This document shows positions 10,103 through 18,518 of a DNA stretch of 35,072 nt, piece by piece. The position numbers were made by a program, and so were the translations under genes. The notes beneath the pieces were generated by a model, which was not told the DNA's origin, ran no database searches, and saw nothing but the letters and a program-made list of their open reading frames with translations. Numbering within the stretch: the stretch's first letter is position 1; every line of letters begins with the position of its first letter. The stretch is taken from the sequence record CP103806.1; one strand, given 5' to 3'. The DNA is from Clostridioides phage Hain-Saunders-2022a.

Positions 10103-10796
10103 AGATTTCCGCCTCTATATCCTCTATATCCTCTATTTCTAAGTCATTTCCAGTCAATTTATTTGTTTTTGCTTTTATCTGCTCTATCCTGCTCTTTTGT
10201 TCTTCTGTTGCTAATTCCCAATTTTTATGAAGTAGTTCCTCATAATCTTTTATCATCTTTGTTAGAGTTTTAAAGGCTGTCGCCTGTGCCTTCATAGCAT
10301 TTGTGACTTTATCCCAAGAATGCTGAACTTGATACTCTTTAAATTTATCCCCACTTTTTACAATGTCAACAGTATGGTCTTTTTTATTTTTAACATGAGT
10401 AGTTTTAAAAGATTTTAATATATTTGCATACTGAATAACTATGCTGTTCCAAAGTATATCCAAGGAATTACAACCATCTTTTTCGATATACTTAACTATT
10501 TTGTAAGTATCAGCAGGTAAGTGCTTAGATAAAAAACCATGTGTGCGTGCATTTTGATTGCCTGCTGGAGCGCCCCCTTCATGCCCTAACGCATTTTGAT
10601 TGCCTGCTGGAGCGCCAACCTTCTTATTTATACCTAGCTTATAATCCCATCTATCAACTTTTTTCCAGCGACTAATGTTGCAACTCTTTTCATCTAGCGT
10701 TTTAGCAATATCAACTAATTTTATTTTCCCATTTTTTTCTTTATAAATCTCAAACGCTTTTCCTCGATTGGAATTTTCTATTGAAATGCAAATCAA
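10089..10796 (-). CDS. terminase small subunit
   Basis: N-terminal HTH (KLVDIAKTLDEKSCNISRWKK) plus a duplicated GAPAGNQNA motif, typical of Firmicute phage TerS. The start is apparently TTG at 10796, because an in-frame TGA lies just upstream. The RBS is GGAG. Confidence 0.75.
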   Translation of the reverse strand: MICISIENSNRGKAFEIYKEKNGKIKLVDIAKTLDEKSCNISRWKKVDRWDYKLGINKKVGAPAGNQNALGHEGGAPAGNQNARTHGFLSKHLPADTYKIVKYIEKDGCNSLDILWNSIVIQYANILKSFKTTHVKNKKDHTVDIVKSGDKFKEYQVQHSWDKVTNAMKAQATAFKTLTKMIKDYEELLHKNWELATEEQKSRIEQIKAKTNKLTGNDLEIEDIEDIEAEIYDSN

Positions 10797-10824
10797 CTCC
10801 TTTCAATAAAAAAAGACCAGTCAA

Positions 10825-11394
10825 CTAGTCTTTTTGTTTTCGCTTTGCTCTTTGCAATGTACTCTTACTAATCCCTGTCATGCTCTCTACTTGCGTATAA
10901 GAATTAGTTTTTAATAACTCTAAAGCATGTTCTATTTGCGTCTTAGTATATTTTTGAGGTCTGCCCTCTCTAAAATTAGGATTTTGTTTCGCTATCTCCT
11001 TACCTGCAAAAGTTCGTTCTAAAATTAAATTTCTTTCCATTTCTGCAACTGCAAGTAAAGTCGTTATAAAAAACTTACCAAGTGTAGTATTTTCTAAAAG
11101 CCCCACATTAATTACATGTACTGAGATATTAGCATTAAATAAACTTTGTATAAGATTAATTCCTTCTGTTGCATTTCTTGCAAGTCTATCTAATTTAGTT
11201 ACAACTAATTTATCTCCCTCTTGCATTTGCTTAACCATTTCATCAAATACAGGTCTATGTGTTGTTGACCCTGTAAATTGTTCTCTAAATATTTTAGCAT
11301 CACTATAATGTTTTCTTATTTCCTGTTCTTGTTGCTCTAAACTATTATTATCAATTTGTACTTTACTGCTTACCCGACAATACCCAAATATCAT
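10825..11394 (-). CDS. small serine recombinase (resolvase/invertase family)
   Basis: ORF 10825..11433. The likely start is ATG at 11394 ([13 protein letters not shown]..), which places the catalytic Ser in YCRVSS. It has the resolvase-fold motifs ([11 protein letters not shown]) and a C-terminal HTH ([14 protein letters not shown]). RBS GGGGGTG. Confidence 0.85.
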   Translation of the reverse strand: MIFGYCRVSSKVQIDNNSLEQQEQEIRKHYSDAKIFREQFTGSTTHRPVFDEMVKQMQEGDKLVVTKLDRLARNATEGINLIQSLFNANISVHVINVGLLENTTLGKFFITTLLAVAEMERNLILERTFAGKEIAKQNPNFREGRPQKYTKTQIEHALELLKTNSYTQVESMTGISKSTLQRAKRKQKD

Positions 11395-11879
11395 AAAAAT
11401 ACACCCCCACTTTTGACTACGAGTTATGACCACCTTCTATATGTTCATTTTACTACATAATCAAATCGTAGTCAATACTGTACAGTTTTGAATACGGTGA
11501 ATTTTTTTAAATGAATCAAAAGTACCTATAAGTATTGTTATTACTCTTATAAAAAGGTGTAATTGAATTGTTTCCATGTGAGTTTTGCCTTTTTTGGTGC
11601 ATCAAACTCTTTTTTTTACTTTCCAACCACAATGTTTTATTTTTGTAATCTTAACGCTATAGTTCGTGTTAGCTTCTAAGCTTCACCATAGCCATTTTAA
11701 CGTTAAATAGCTTCTACCCCAGTATTTATAATGGCTAACGCCTATTTTAACGAATATGGGGTTTTCTTAGAGAATCAGACATTCACTTTTTACTTTTCCT
11801 ACTTTATATATAGCGAAAAAAATGTATTGAATGTATAGGTCTTTATTTTTCCAACATTCAAAAAGACAAAATAAAAAAA

Positions 11880-12488
11880 TCACCCTATTAGGTCGTTTAA
11901 AAACATGCTATATTCTTGATATTGTTCTTCATTAAGTCCTAGATACACTTTAGTTTCTTCTATGCTAGAATGTCCAAGCATTTCCTTAACCCTTACAATA
12001 TCGAATCCACTTTCTTCATATATGGTATGAGCGTATGTTTTACGCATACTATGCGCAGTTATATGTTTAAGCCCAAAGTATGCGCCAGCTTCTTTCAATA
12101 TCACTGTTACTCTCTCAACACCTATGTATGGAGTAACTGATTTCTGCCTGGATGGGAACATGTACTCATAATCCTTCTTGTCTCGGATATAGTTTTTGAG
12201 TACTCTTTCTAAGTTAGGAATTATCGGAGCTTTTCTAGGCTTTTTATTTTTCTTTCTTATGTTCTTAGTCTTTTCTTTCTTACTCTCCATTATTAAGAAA
12301 TAACCTTCGTCTAACGCCTTTCTAACATCTCTTACCTGGAGTTTAACCAAATCCCCCGCCCTATATCCTGTTCCTATTCCCAATACAAATAGAACATAAT
12401 TTCTAATATTCTTTTCTTTTAAATATTCTTGTATATTTAAAGCCATATTTTTATCTTTTATGGGGTTTGCTGGTCTTTTTGTACCCAT
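11880..12488 (-). CDS. minimal tyrosine recombinase (catalytic domain only, FimB/Xer-sized)
   Basis: 202 aa. It has the R (GTGYRAGD), H-x-x-R (HSMRKTYA) and H...Y (LGHSSIEETKVYL) catalytic residues. RBS AGAGGGTGG. There is no N-terminal arm-binding domain. Confidence 0.85.
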   Translation of the reverse strand: MGTKRPANPIKDKNMALNIQEYLKEKNIRNYVLFVLGIGTGYRAGDLVKLQVRDVRKALDEGYFLIMESKKEKTKNIRKKNKKPRKAPIIPNLERVLKNYIRDKKDYEYMFPSRQKSVTPYIGVERVTVILKEAGAYFGLKHITAHSMRKTYAHTIYEESGFDIVRVKEMLGHSSIEETKVYLGLNEEQYQEYSMFLNDLIG

Positions 12489-12640
12489 TTATCGCCACCC
12501 TCTTTTTTACTTGCCATATGCCTATTTCTTGCTTTTATATAATTCTTATGCCTTGTGTTTCTTTCACCTTCAAGGTATTCTTCTGATTGCTGTTCATATT
12601 TATTTATTGCCTCGCTGGCATCTATCCAATTTTTACCCAT
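12458..12640 (-). CDS. small highly charged protein; possible recombination directionality or accessory factor
   Basis: 60 aa with a strong RBS (AAAGGAGGAAATA-ATG). It overlaps the tyrosine recombinase start by 31 nt in another frame. Confidence 0.5.
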   Translation of the reverse strand: MGKNWIDASEAINKYEQQSEEYLEGERNTRHKNYIKARNRHMASKKEGGDKWVQKDQQTP

Positions 12641-12654
12641 TATTTCCTCCTTTT

Positions 12655-12692
12655 CAAATAAAAAAGTCTTGTATCTAAAAAATACAAGACTT
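12655..12692 (-). terminator. intrinsic terminator (11-bp perfect stem AGTCTTGTAT/ATACAAGACT, U-tract on the minus strand)
   Basis: Inverted repeat at 12664-12692 flanked by an A-run (plus strand), which gives a U-run in the minus-strand RNA. It lies downstream of the late-regulator gene. Confidence 0.6.
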
Positions 12693-12812
12693 TCAAAAGG
12701 GGACTAACTTTCTATATTTAATTTTCAATGTTCATTTTCTTCCATAATACAATTATAGACCTTTAAAAAAATAAATTGGTGTGTAGCATGTGTTTTTTGT
12801 GTCAACTACTTG

Positions 12813-13262
12813 TTAGTATTTAAAAATTGAAAGCATTTCAGATAATTTTCCTAACGCACTATCAAGTTTTTTATAAACATTCCATCTACAACAATTAACT
12901 TGTGTTGCTATTTTAGTCATTGTCATTTTGTTATTTACATCATAAAAATATTTTAACCTTATAATTTCTCTTTCATCACTTTCTAATTCTTCCATATATG
13001 AGTAAACAATTTTTACCCTTTTCTCTACATATTCAATTTCTGACTCTTTTAATAGAATTTGTTGCTCTGAATTAATAATCATATCATCCAGCCCCTTCGG
13101 GCTTGTCTTTATCTTAAAACCTAATTCATTAAAATTAATCTCGCTATATTTTTCACTTTCTTTCAAAATGGCAATCTCTTTTTTTAATATATTGATTCTT
13201 CGCTTCCTATCTCCCAAATCATTCAAATAGCGACCAGTTTTTTTTATTCTTTCCTTATCCAT
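12813..13262 (-). CDS. late-gene transcriptional activator (sigma-70 region-4-like / ArpU-type)
   Basis: ORF 12813..13274 with a GGAGG RBS before the ATG at 13262. The C-terminal HTH (REIIRLKYFYD..MTMTKIATQVNCCRWNVYKKL) resembles sigma region 4. It lies immediately upstream of the packaging genes. Confidence 0.6.
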   Translation of the reverse strand: MDKERIKKTGRYLNDLGDRKRRINILKKEIAILKESEKYSEINFNELGFKIKTSPKGLDDMIINSEQQILLKESEIEYVEKRVKIVYSYMEELESDEREIIRLKYFYDVNNKMTMTKIATQVNCCRWNVYKKLDSALGKLSEMLSIFKY

Positions 13263-13273
13263 AAAAACCTCCA

Positions 13274-14245
13274 TTACTCACTTTCAAAATTCATATATTT
13301 TAAAACTTTCCCAATACCTAACTCATCCATGCAATATTTGTGCAATGTAGGATGACTTTCTTTTAACATCTGAAAACGATTAGGCGTCGTGTCATAAGAA
13401 AGCCCAAACATGCAATAAATACACCCTGTACGTTTACATAAAGTAGTTCTATACTCTTCCTTAAAATCAAGACTACTATCTTTTACAACTTCCCCATAAA
13501 TTTGTGCAATAGGTAACTTATTGATGTAAATATACTCCAATATATCTTGTTCAGTCCAAAAACTAAGAGGAGCAGAGAGCGGTCTCTTTTCATCAAAGGA
13601 ATTACAACCATTTTTTAAATATTTTCTTTTTCTAATAGAACTTTCTTCCGCTAGAGTTCCAACAATGCCCTTTAGACCTGTTTCTTTTTCAAATTTTTCA
13701 AAAGGTTGTTTTTTCATAATATCACAACATTTATCTGAAATTTTAAAAGGAGCATCAACCAAATAACGCCACTTTTTAGAAATAATAAACTGACTCTTAG
13801 TGCCATCTTTATTAATCCCATATAGGTGCTTATTTATTAAAACTTCACTTTTAGAGTTTCTAACTTTAGATATGTAATGACTTTGTTCTTTGCTGACAAC
13901 TGGATAACCATACTTTTCTATAACATCTTTAAAGGACATTTTAGGTCTTATAACTATTACATTTTCTTTTGTTTTTACAAATCCCTTTAGTTCCGGATAT
14001 TCCAGTCCTGGGTCGCAAAAAACTGCTGGAATTTCTTTATATACTTGTCTAGCAATATCTAAAAGAACAGTACTATCCTTACCGCCACTAAAACTAACAT
14101 AAACATTGCCCTGGTAACGGTCATACCATTCTCTAATTCTTTTTTTAGTTAGTATTATTTTTGCTTCAAGGGGCAATGATTGTTTTTGCTTCAAGTACCC
14201 TTCTTTTAACTTTTTCAATTCTTCCTTGGAATAATTAATCTCCAT
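13274..14245 (-). CDS. PAPS reductase / DndC-like PP-loop ATP pyrophosphatase family protein
   Basis: PP-loop SFSGGKDS motif and a C-terminal Cys cluster (CKRTGCIYC). The likely start is the internal ATG (MEINYSKEEL..), not the far-upstream one. Confidence 0.8.
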   Translation of the reverse strand: MEINYSKEELKKLKEGYLKQKQSLPLEAKIILTKKRIREWYDRYQGNVYVSFSGGKDSTVLLDIARQVYKEIPAVFCDPGLEYPELKGFVKTKENVIVIRPKMSFKDVIEKYGYPVVSKEQSHYISKVRNSKSEVLINKHLYGINKDGTKSQFIISKKWRYLVDAPFKISDKCCDIMKKQPFEKFEKETGLKGIVGTLAEESSIRKRKYLKNGCNSFDEKRPLSAPLSFWTEQDILEYIYINKLPIAQIYGEVVKDSSLDFKEEYRTTLCKRTGCIYCMFGLSYDTTPNRFQMLKESHPTLHKYCMDELGIGKVLKYMNFESE

Positions 14246-14391
14246 GATTCCCTGCTCCTTGCTTCTCTTTTTTGTATTTAGTTTTGCATTTCCTGCAACA
14301 AAAATTTTGCTTTGATTTAAATTCTGTATAAAATAACTTACCACACCATGAACAAATTCGCCTTACTCGCACTATATAAGCACCTTCTTTA

Positions 14392-14568
14392 TATTATCAA
14401 TTTTTCTATAATTGTTTTTTTAATAATCTCAACATTTTCGTATTTTTTCTCTTTTTCTTTTTTAAATGCTCTAGCATCTTTCAAAGTGTCAAAACTTTTT
14501 TTGCTAAATTTTAAAGTCTTTAAATCGAAGTACACAACATTATATTTAGTCTCTTTCATCTTCAACAT
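14392..14568 (-). CDS. small hypothetical protein (~58 aa, K/E-rich)
   Basis: Unlisted minus-strand ORF (MLKMKETKYNVVYFDLKTL..) that overlaps the end of the upstream ORF. No strong RBS. Confidence 0.3.
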
Positions 14569-14908
14569 CCTTTACATACCAACCAGTTCGTGTTGGTCTC
14601 CCTCGCCAAATAACAGGATACAAGTTTTTAACATTCAAAAAATTTTCTGCTTCATCTATAGTCATTTCTTTTATTTCACCTGTTTTTGCATTTATAAGCT
14701 TTACCTTTTTGCGTTCTTTTTTCTGGTGTTCTCTAATTTTCAATGCGCTACACGCCTTAGTGGAACTAGCCAAAACCTTTTTATTTTCACGGATTTTAAC
14801 TGGCTTTATGCAACAATATAGGGCTAAATAATTTCTAAAAGTTGGGTCATCTTCCATAAAATTTGGATTAACTGAACCACTAAAAATTTTTTCTACTTTT
14901 TCAATCAT
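14546..14908 (-). CDS. hypothetical protein
   Basis: 120-aa ORF. No motif I can recognise. Confidence 0.5.
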   Translation of the reverse strand: MIEKVEKIFSGSVNPNFMEDDPTFRNYLALYCCIKPVKIRENKKVLASSTKACSALKIREHQKKERKKVKLINAKTGEIKEMTIDEAENFLNVKNLYPVIWRGRPTRTGWYVKDVEDERD

Positions 14909-14920
14909 TTAATCACCTGC

Positions 14921-15328
14921 TTAAAAAGGTATATCGTCGTCGTCTATAGCCTGGAAGCCTTGTGGGTCTAAGCCTCCCGGCTCAAACTTACATTCTTTTC
15001 CATTATCTTCTTTTTTGTAATCTAAAAATTTCATCCTGTTAGCGTGAACTTTTGTATAAGTTCTTTTCTCGTCGTCTTTTTCATAGTGTTCAACTCTTAT
15101 AGACCCTTGAACCGCTACTAATCTGCCTTTATTTAAATTATTAGCACATATTTCTGCTAATTTTCCCATTACTTCAACAGGAATAAAATCAGTTTCCTTA
15201 GTGCCATCTTTTTTAACATAGTCCCTATCAACTGCAATAGAAAAGGTTGATACAGCTACCCCCGAGCCTGGTATATATTTAAGGTCGGGGTCTCTTGTTA
15301 ATCTGCCAATCAATACGCTATTATTCAT
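14921..15328 (-). CDS. ssb: single-stranded DNA-binding protein
   Basis: OB-fold SSB signature (MNNSVLIGRLTRDPDLKY) and an acidic C-terminal tail (DDDDIPF). The likely start is ATG at 15328, preceded by AAGGAAGG. Confidence 0.9.
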   Translation of the reverse strand: MNNSVLIGRLTRDPDLKYIPGSGVAVSTFSIAVDRDYVKKDGTKETDFIPVEVMGKLAEICANNLNKGRLVAVQGSIRVEHYEKDDEKRTYTKVHANRMKFLDYKKEDNGKECKFEPGGLDPQGFQAIDDDDIPF

Positions 15329-15440
15329 TTTCAAAACCTTCCTTACATTTCTCACATTCCTTTAAATCAATTCTGTATTCATATATACGACCAATAAAAA
15401 ATGCAAATATAATTAGAATTATCATTCCTAAAAAATTCAT
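15321..15440 (-). CDS. small membrane peptide (39 aa)
   Basis: Unlisted ORF MNFLGMIILIIFAFFIGRIYEYRIDLKECEKCKEGFENE. Its ATG overlaps the upstream stop as ATGA. Confidence 0.35.
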   Translation of the reverse strand: MNFLGMIILIIFAFFIGRIYEYRIDLKECEKCKEGFENE

Positions 15441-15610
15441 TATATATCTTCCCTTTCATCCACTATAATGTCAAATCCACATTTACACTTTCTATGAAAT
15501 GTATACTCATCAACGATTAAACTTCCTTCGCCTTCTCCAAGTTCATCACTTCCACACTCTGGACAAAAGCAATACATTGCCAATAGTTTTAAAACATTTT
15601 TCATTTTCAT
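15441..15610 (-). CDS. small zinc-ribbon protein (CPEC...CKCG)
   Basis: Unlisted ORF MKMKNVLKLLAMYCFCPECGSDELGEGEGSLIVDEYTFHRKCKCGFDIIVDEREDI. It has a GGAGGT RBS. Confidence 0.45.
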
Positions 15611-15640
15611 ATTCATATACCTCCATTCGTCATTTAAAAA

Positions 15641-15790
15641 TTATTCCATTTCGCTTAATTCATCTACGCAATTTAAGCAGAAATACAGTGTAAAAACTAA
15701 ACCTAGAGCCTCTTTTTCATACTGTACATAGTTATTTTCTTCTATATTTATTGTTCTTTCACAGCAACAACACTGCACAAATTCACTCAT
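15641..15790 (-). CDS. small Cys-rich protein (CCCC...CLNC)
   Basis: Unlisted ORF MSEFVQCCCCERTINIEENNYVQYEKEALGLVFTLYFCLNCVDELSEME with an AAGGGAG RBS. Confidence 0.45.
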   Translation of the reverse strand: MSEFVQCCCCERTINIEENNYVQYEKEALGLVFTLYFCLNCVDELSEME

Positions 15791-15813
15791 ACTTAAGCTC
15801 CCTTATATTTTTT

Positions 15814-16062
15814 CTAGTTTTTAGAATCCTCAATTTTCTTACAAGTATTTACTAATATATCTCTTTTTCCATGCACATCTTCCGCAAAATCAATTTGCTT
15901 GCAACCAAATTTTTCTATACATCCAGCTAAATCACTCATCAAATTACATTCACTTTCTATACTTTCAGAAATATCAATAGCACTTATTTCGCTAGGAATT
16001 TCAATAATAACTTTATGTTTCAAAGAAATCACTTCATCAATATAAAATTTATATCGTTTCAT
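15814..16062 (-). CDS. hypothetical early protein
   Basis: 82-aa ORF in the early operon. Confidence 0.5.
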   Translation of the reverse strand: MKRYKFYIDEVISLKHKVIIEIPSEISAIDISESIESECNLMSDLAGCIEKFGCKQIDFAEDVHGKRDILVNTCKKIEDSKN

Positions 16063-16106
16063 TTACTAAACCTCTCTTATTTCTACAAGGAAATTATTTA
16101 TTTTAC

Positions 16107-16418
16107 TTAACCCTTTTTTATAGGTATAGAATTAAGACATTTCTGCTTAATTCTAATGCTTTTAGTTCTATTATAGATTGCTATTGCTTTCCTCGTTTCT
16201 TTATTTAAAATACAATCTATAAACAAACTATATACATCTAATTCACTTTTATATTCTTTCAACTGTTCTTCTAAAATTTGAATCAATTCTTCATTGTTGC
16301 TCATAATACGTTCATAAAGCTTTATTTTATCGTCCCTTACTTTGTTTTCTTCTTTCAAGCATTCAATATTTCTATCTACCTGCTCCTGGGAAACGATTAA
16401 GTATTTACCTATTTTCAT
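16107..16418 (-). CDS. hypothetical coiled-coil early protein
   Basis: 103-aa ORF. Confidence 0.5.
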   Translation of the reverse strand: MKIGKYLIVSQEQVDRNIECLKEENKVRDDKIKLYERIMSNNEELIQILEEQLKEYKSELDVYSLFIDCILNKETRKAIAIYNRTKSIRIKQKCLNSIPIKKG

Positions 16419-16581
16419 TGCCCAGCCTCCTGTTCACTTTCCTCTCTTATTTTCTTAAGAGCTAACTCAATTAAATCTATTTTACTAAGATGAGGATTTT
16501 CTTCCCTTAATTCAAGAGCAACATTACCAACGTATTCCCCACGTTCAATTGCTCCCATTTTTGTTATATCTTTATACAAAA
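16414..16581 (-). CDS. small hypothetical protein (~55 aa)
   Basis: Unlisted ORF (..YKDITKMGAIERGEYVGNVALELREENPHLSKIDLIELALKK..). Its stop overlaps the next ATG. The start is probably TTG or GTG, with AAGGAG upstream. Confidence 0.3.
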
Positions 16582-16637
16582 TAAACACTCCTTTTTTTTA
16601 AAAGAGGCTAGTTATTTAACCTAGCCTCTTCAATTTT

Positions 16638-17360
16638 TTATGCTATTATATCTATATTTTCAATACCTTCTAATTTCTTCTCTAAGTACTCTTTTATATT
16701 TTTTATTGCTTCAAGTCTCCATGCTCCACCATCTGCTTCGATTAACTTAAATGTAATACCCTCTTTTACTCTGAAAATAAATTCGCTTTCCGGCTGGTCT
16801 ACTTCTGTAAAAGTTCTGTAAGGCTTCAAACTAACTCTATAAGGCAGGATTACATCCTCTACACTTGCTACACCTGTAGACATTGCAACCACTTGTGATA
16901 CTCCATCATCCTGAACAGTTTTTACGCTAGTTTCTTTTACATTCCCAGCTACTTTTAAAAGCAAATTTTTATCTTCCGTATCTACAAAAGAGGATTGCAG
17001 CATAATATTAAATTCCTCTGAATCAAGCGAGTAATCAAAATTAATATGAGGTAATAACGCTTTGCAATCAACATAAGTATTCCTTTTACCACCTTCAAGT
17101 AGTTCAGAGCATAATCTAACGTTCTTAGGACTTTTGATTTGAACTATAAGTCTATTGCCTTTTGCATCTTTGTCAACCTCTGATTTTATATACTCTATTA
17201 AACCGTTTAACGTATTTAATTCAATTTCCTCAACTGTTTTAGGATGCACTGGAATTAAACGGTCTGTTGTATATGTAACCCCATTAATTTCTCTTGTTTC
17301 TATTTTTCTTGCTCCAACTTCCATCACTCGGTTAAATAAATCTGTTAACATATTAAACAC
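16638..17360 (-). CDS. hypothetical early protein (candidate replication or recombination function)
   Basis: 240-aa ORF with no motif I can assign. Confidence 0.55.
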   Translation of the reverse strand: MFNMLTDLFNRVMEVGARKIETREINGVTYTTDRLIPVHPKTVEEIELNTLNGLIEYIKSEVDKDAKGNRLIVQIKSPKNVRLCSELLEGGKRNTYVDCKALLPHINFDYSLDSEEFNIMLQSSFVDTEDKNLLLKVAGNVKETSVKTVQDDGVSQVVAMSTGVASVEDVILPYRVSLKPYRTFTEVDQPESEFIFRVKEGITFKLIEADGGAWRLEAIKNIKEYLEKKLEGIENIDIIA

Positions 17361-17372
17361 TCCTTTTAGTTT

Positions 17373-17777
17373 TTATAAGTCTTTTAAACTTTTAAATTTA
17401 CGAATATTATCTTCTTCACTTTCTTTTACTTCTGTTTCTTCTGTTACACTTGTTTCTTTACTCTCCAAGTCGCCTAATTTTACTTGCCCCGGCAACTGGT
17501 TTCCATATTCATTTGCATTAACTTCTCCAGTTCTAAAGTCTTTTTCAACTATAATGTCTGTTTCACTAGGTAAGACACTTGCGAGCTTTGGAATAACTTG
17601 AATCTGTGTACCAACATGTGAACGATTTTTGCCTGGCTTAAATGTCACTTTCACAGTTAAAGACCTCATAGTTGTAGCTGGGGTATTAGGGTCTTGTATG
17701 TTTTTAAATATCTCCATGAACCCACTTTCAATTTTTTCTTTTGCTTCTCCATTGCATAGTGTTTCTAAATTAATCAT
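17373..17777 (-). CDS. hypothetical protein with acidic C-terminal tail
   Basis: 134-aa ORF. Confidence 0.5.
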   Translation of the reverse strand: MINLETLCNGEAKEKIESGFMEIFKNIQDPNTPATTMRSLTVKVTFKPGKNRSHVGTQIQVIPKLASVLPSETDIIVEKDFRTGEVNANEYGNQLPGQVKLGDLESKETSVTEETEVKESEEDNIRKFKSLKDL

Positions 17778-17852
17778 TTTTTAAATCCTCCCTTCTTTTT
17801 TATTGACGGCTTACGCTGTTACCTTTTGTTTCTTTTCAACTAAAACAGGGAA

Positions 17853-18272
17853 TTACAGTAAGTCTGTTATTTCTAGCAAACAATCTGGGCATACGTCTAT
17901 ACTTCCTAGTTGGTCAGAAACAGAATGATTGTTGTTATAATTTTCTAAAACTGGCATTGAAGTTAATTCCTCCGAACTGTCTACGATTGCCCCACAATTA
18001 TCACAACGTATCCTCCTTTTTAGTTTTGAACCCTCTTTTATGCCTTGCTCCACACCTTTTGCGATTAGGTCGCCAAAATTGAATGCCGTTTTTTCTGCTT
18101 CTGATGCAATCCTTACTTTGCTATCCCACAAAATTTCTAAAGCTTTTAAAGCATCACTTTCTGAACATTTATCGTTTACATCAATATTCATTAAATAACT
18201 GTCTTTTGCTCCTTTAACTTTTTCATATTCCATATATTCATTGATAGTATCACATGTAATAATTGTTATCAT
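17853..18272 (-). CDS. hypothetical protein with C-terminal zinc ribbon (CDNCG...CPDC)
   Basis: 139-aa ORF. Confidence 0.5.
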   Translation of the reverse strand: MITIITCDTINEYMEYEKVKGAKDSYLMNIDVNDKCSESDALKALEILWDSKVRIASEAEKTAFNFGDLIAKGVEQGIKEGSKLKRRIRCDNCGAIVDSSEELTSMPVLENYNNNHSVSDQLGSIDVCPDCLLEITDLL

Positions 18273-18335
18273 TTTTAAGCCTCCTAATTTTTTATTTTTT
18301 TAATTGGATTTTAGCGTAGCCGTCAAGTACGCTTT

Positions 18336-18518
18336 CTAACAAATCATTTTTTTCATTTCTTCTACTGCTTCATTCAATTTATTTATGTCTAAAATACGTT
18401 CATTAGCGATATTTCCAATGTTATTAGCCTTTATTATGCAGTCAATATCTTTTTGTTTTTTTTCGCTTAAACTTAAATATATCTTTGCACTTTTGTAAAT
18501 CATTTCTTCTCTATTCAT
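18336..18518 (-). CDS. first gene of the early operon (Cro position), small protein
   Basis: 60-aa ORF that starts right at the divergent switch region. Confidence 0.45.
   Translation of the reverse strand: MNREEMIYKSAKIYLSLSEKKQKDIDCIIKANNIGNIANERILDINKLNEAVEEMKKMIC

Noticed and set aside
14348-14821. Plus-strand 157-aa hydrophobic ORF
   Set aside because: It lies antisense to the 120-aa and small minus-strand ORFs and is Phe/Leu/Ile-rich from the AT bias. No RBS. It breaks the otherwise uniform minus-strand operon.
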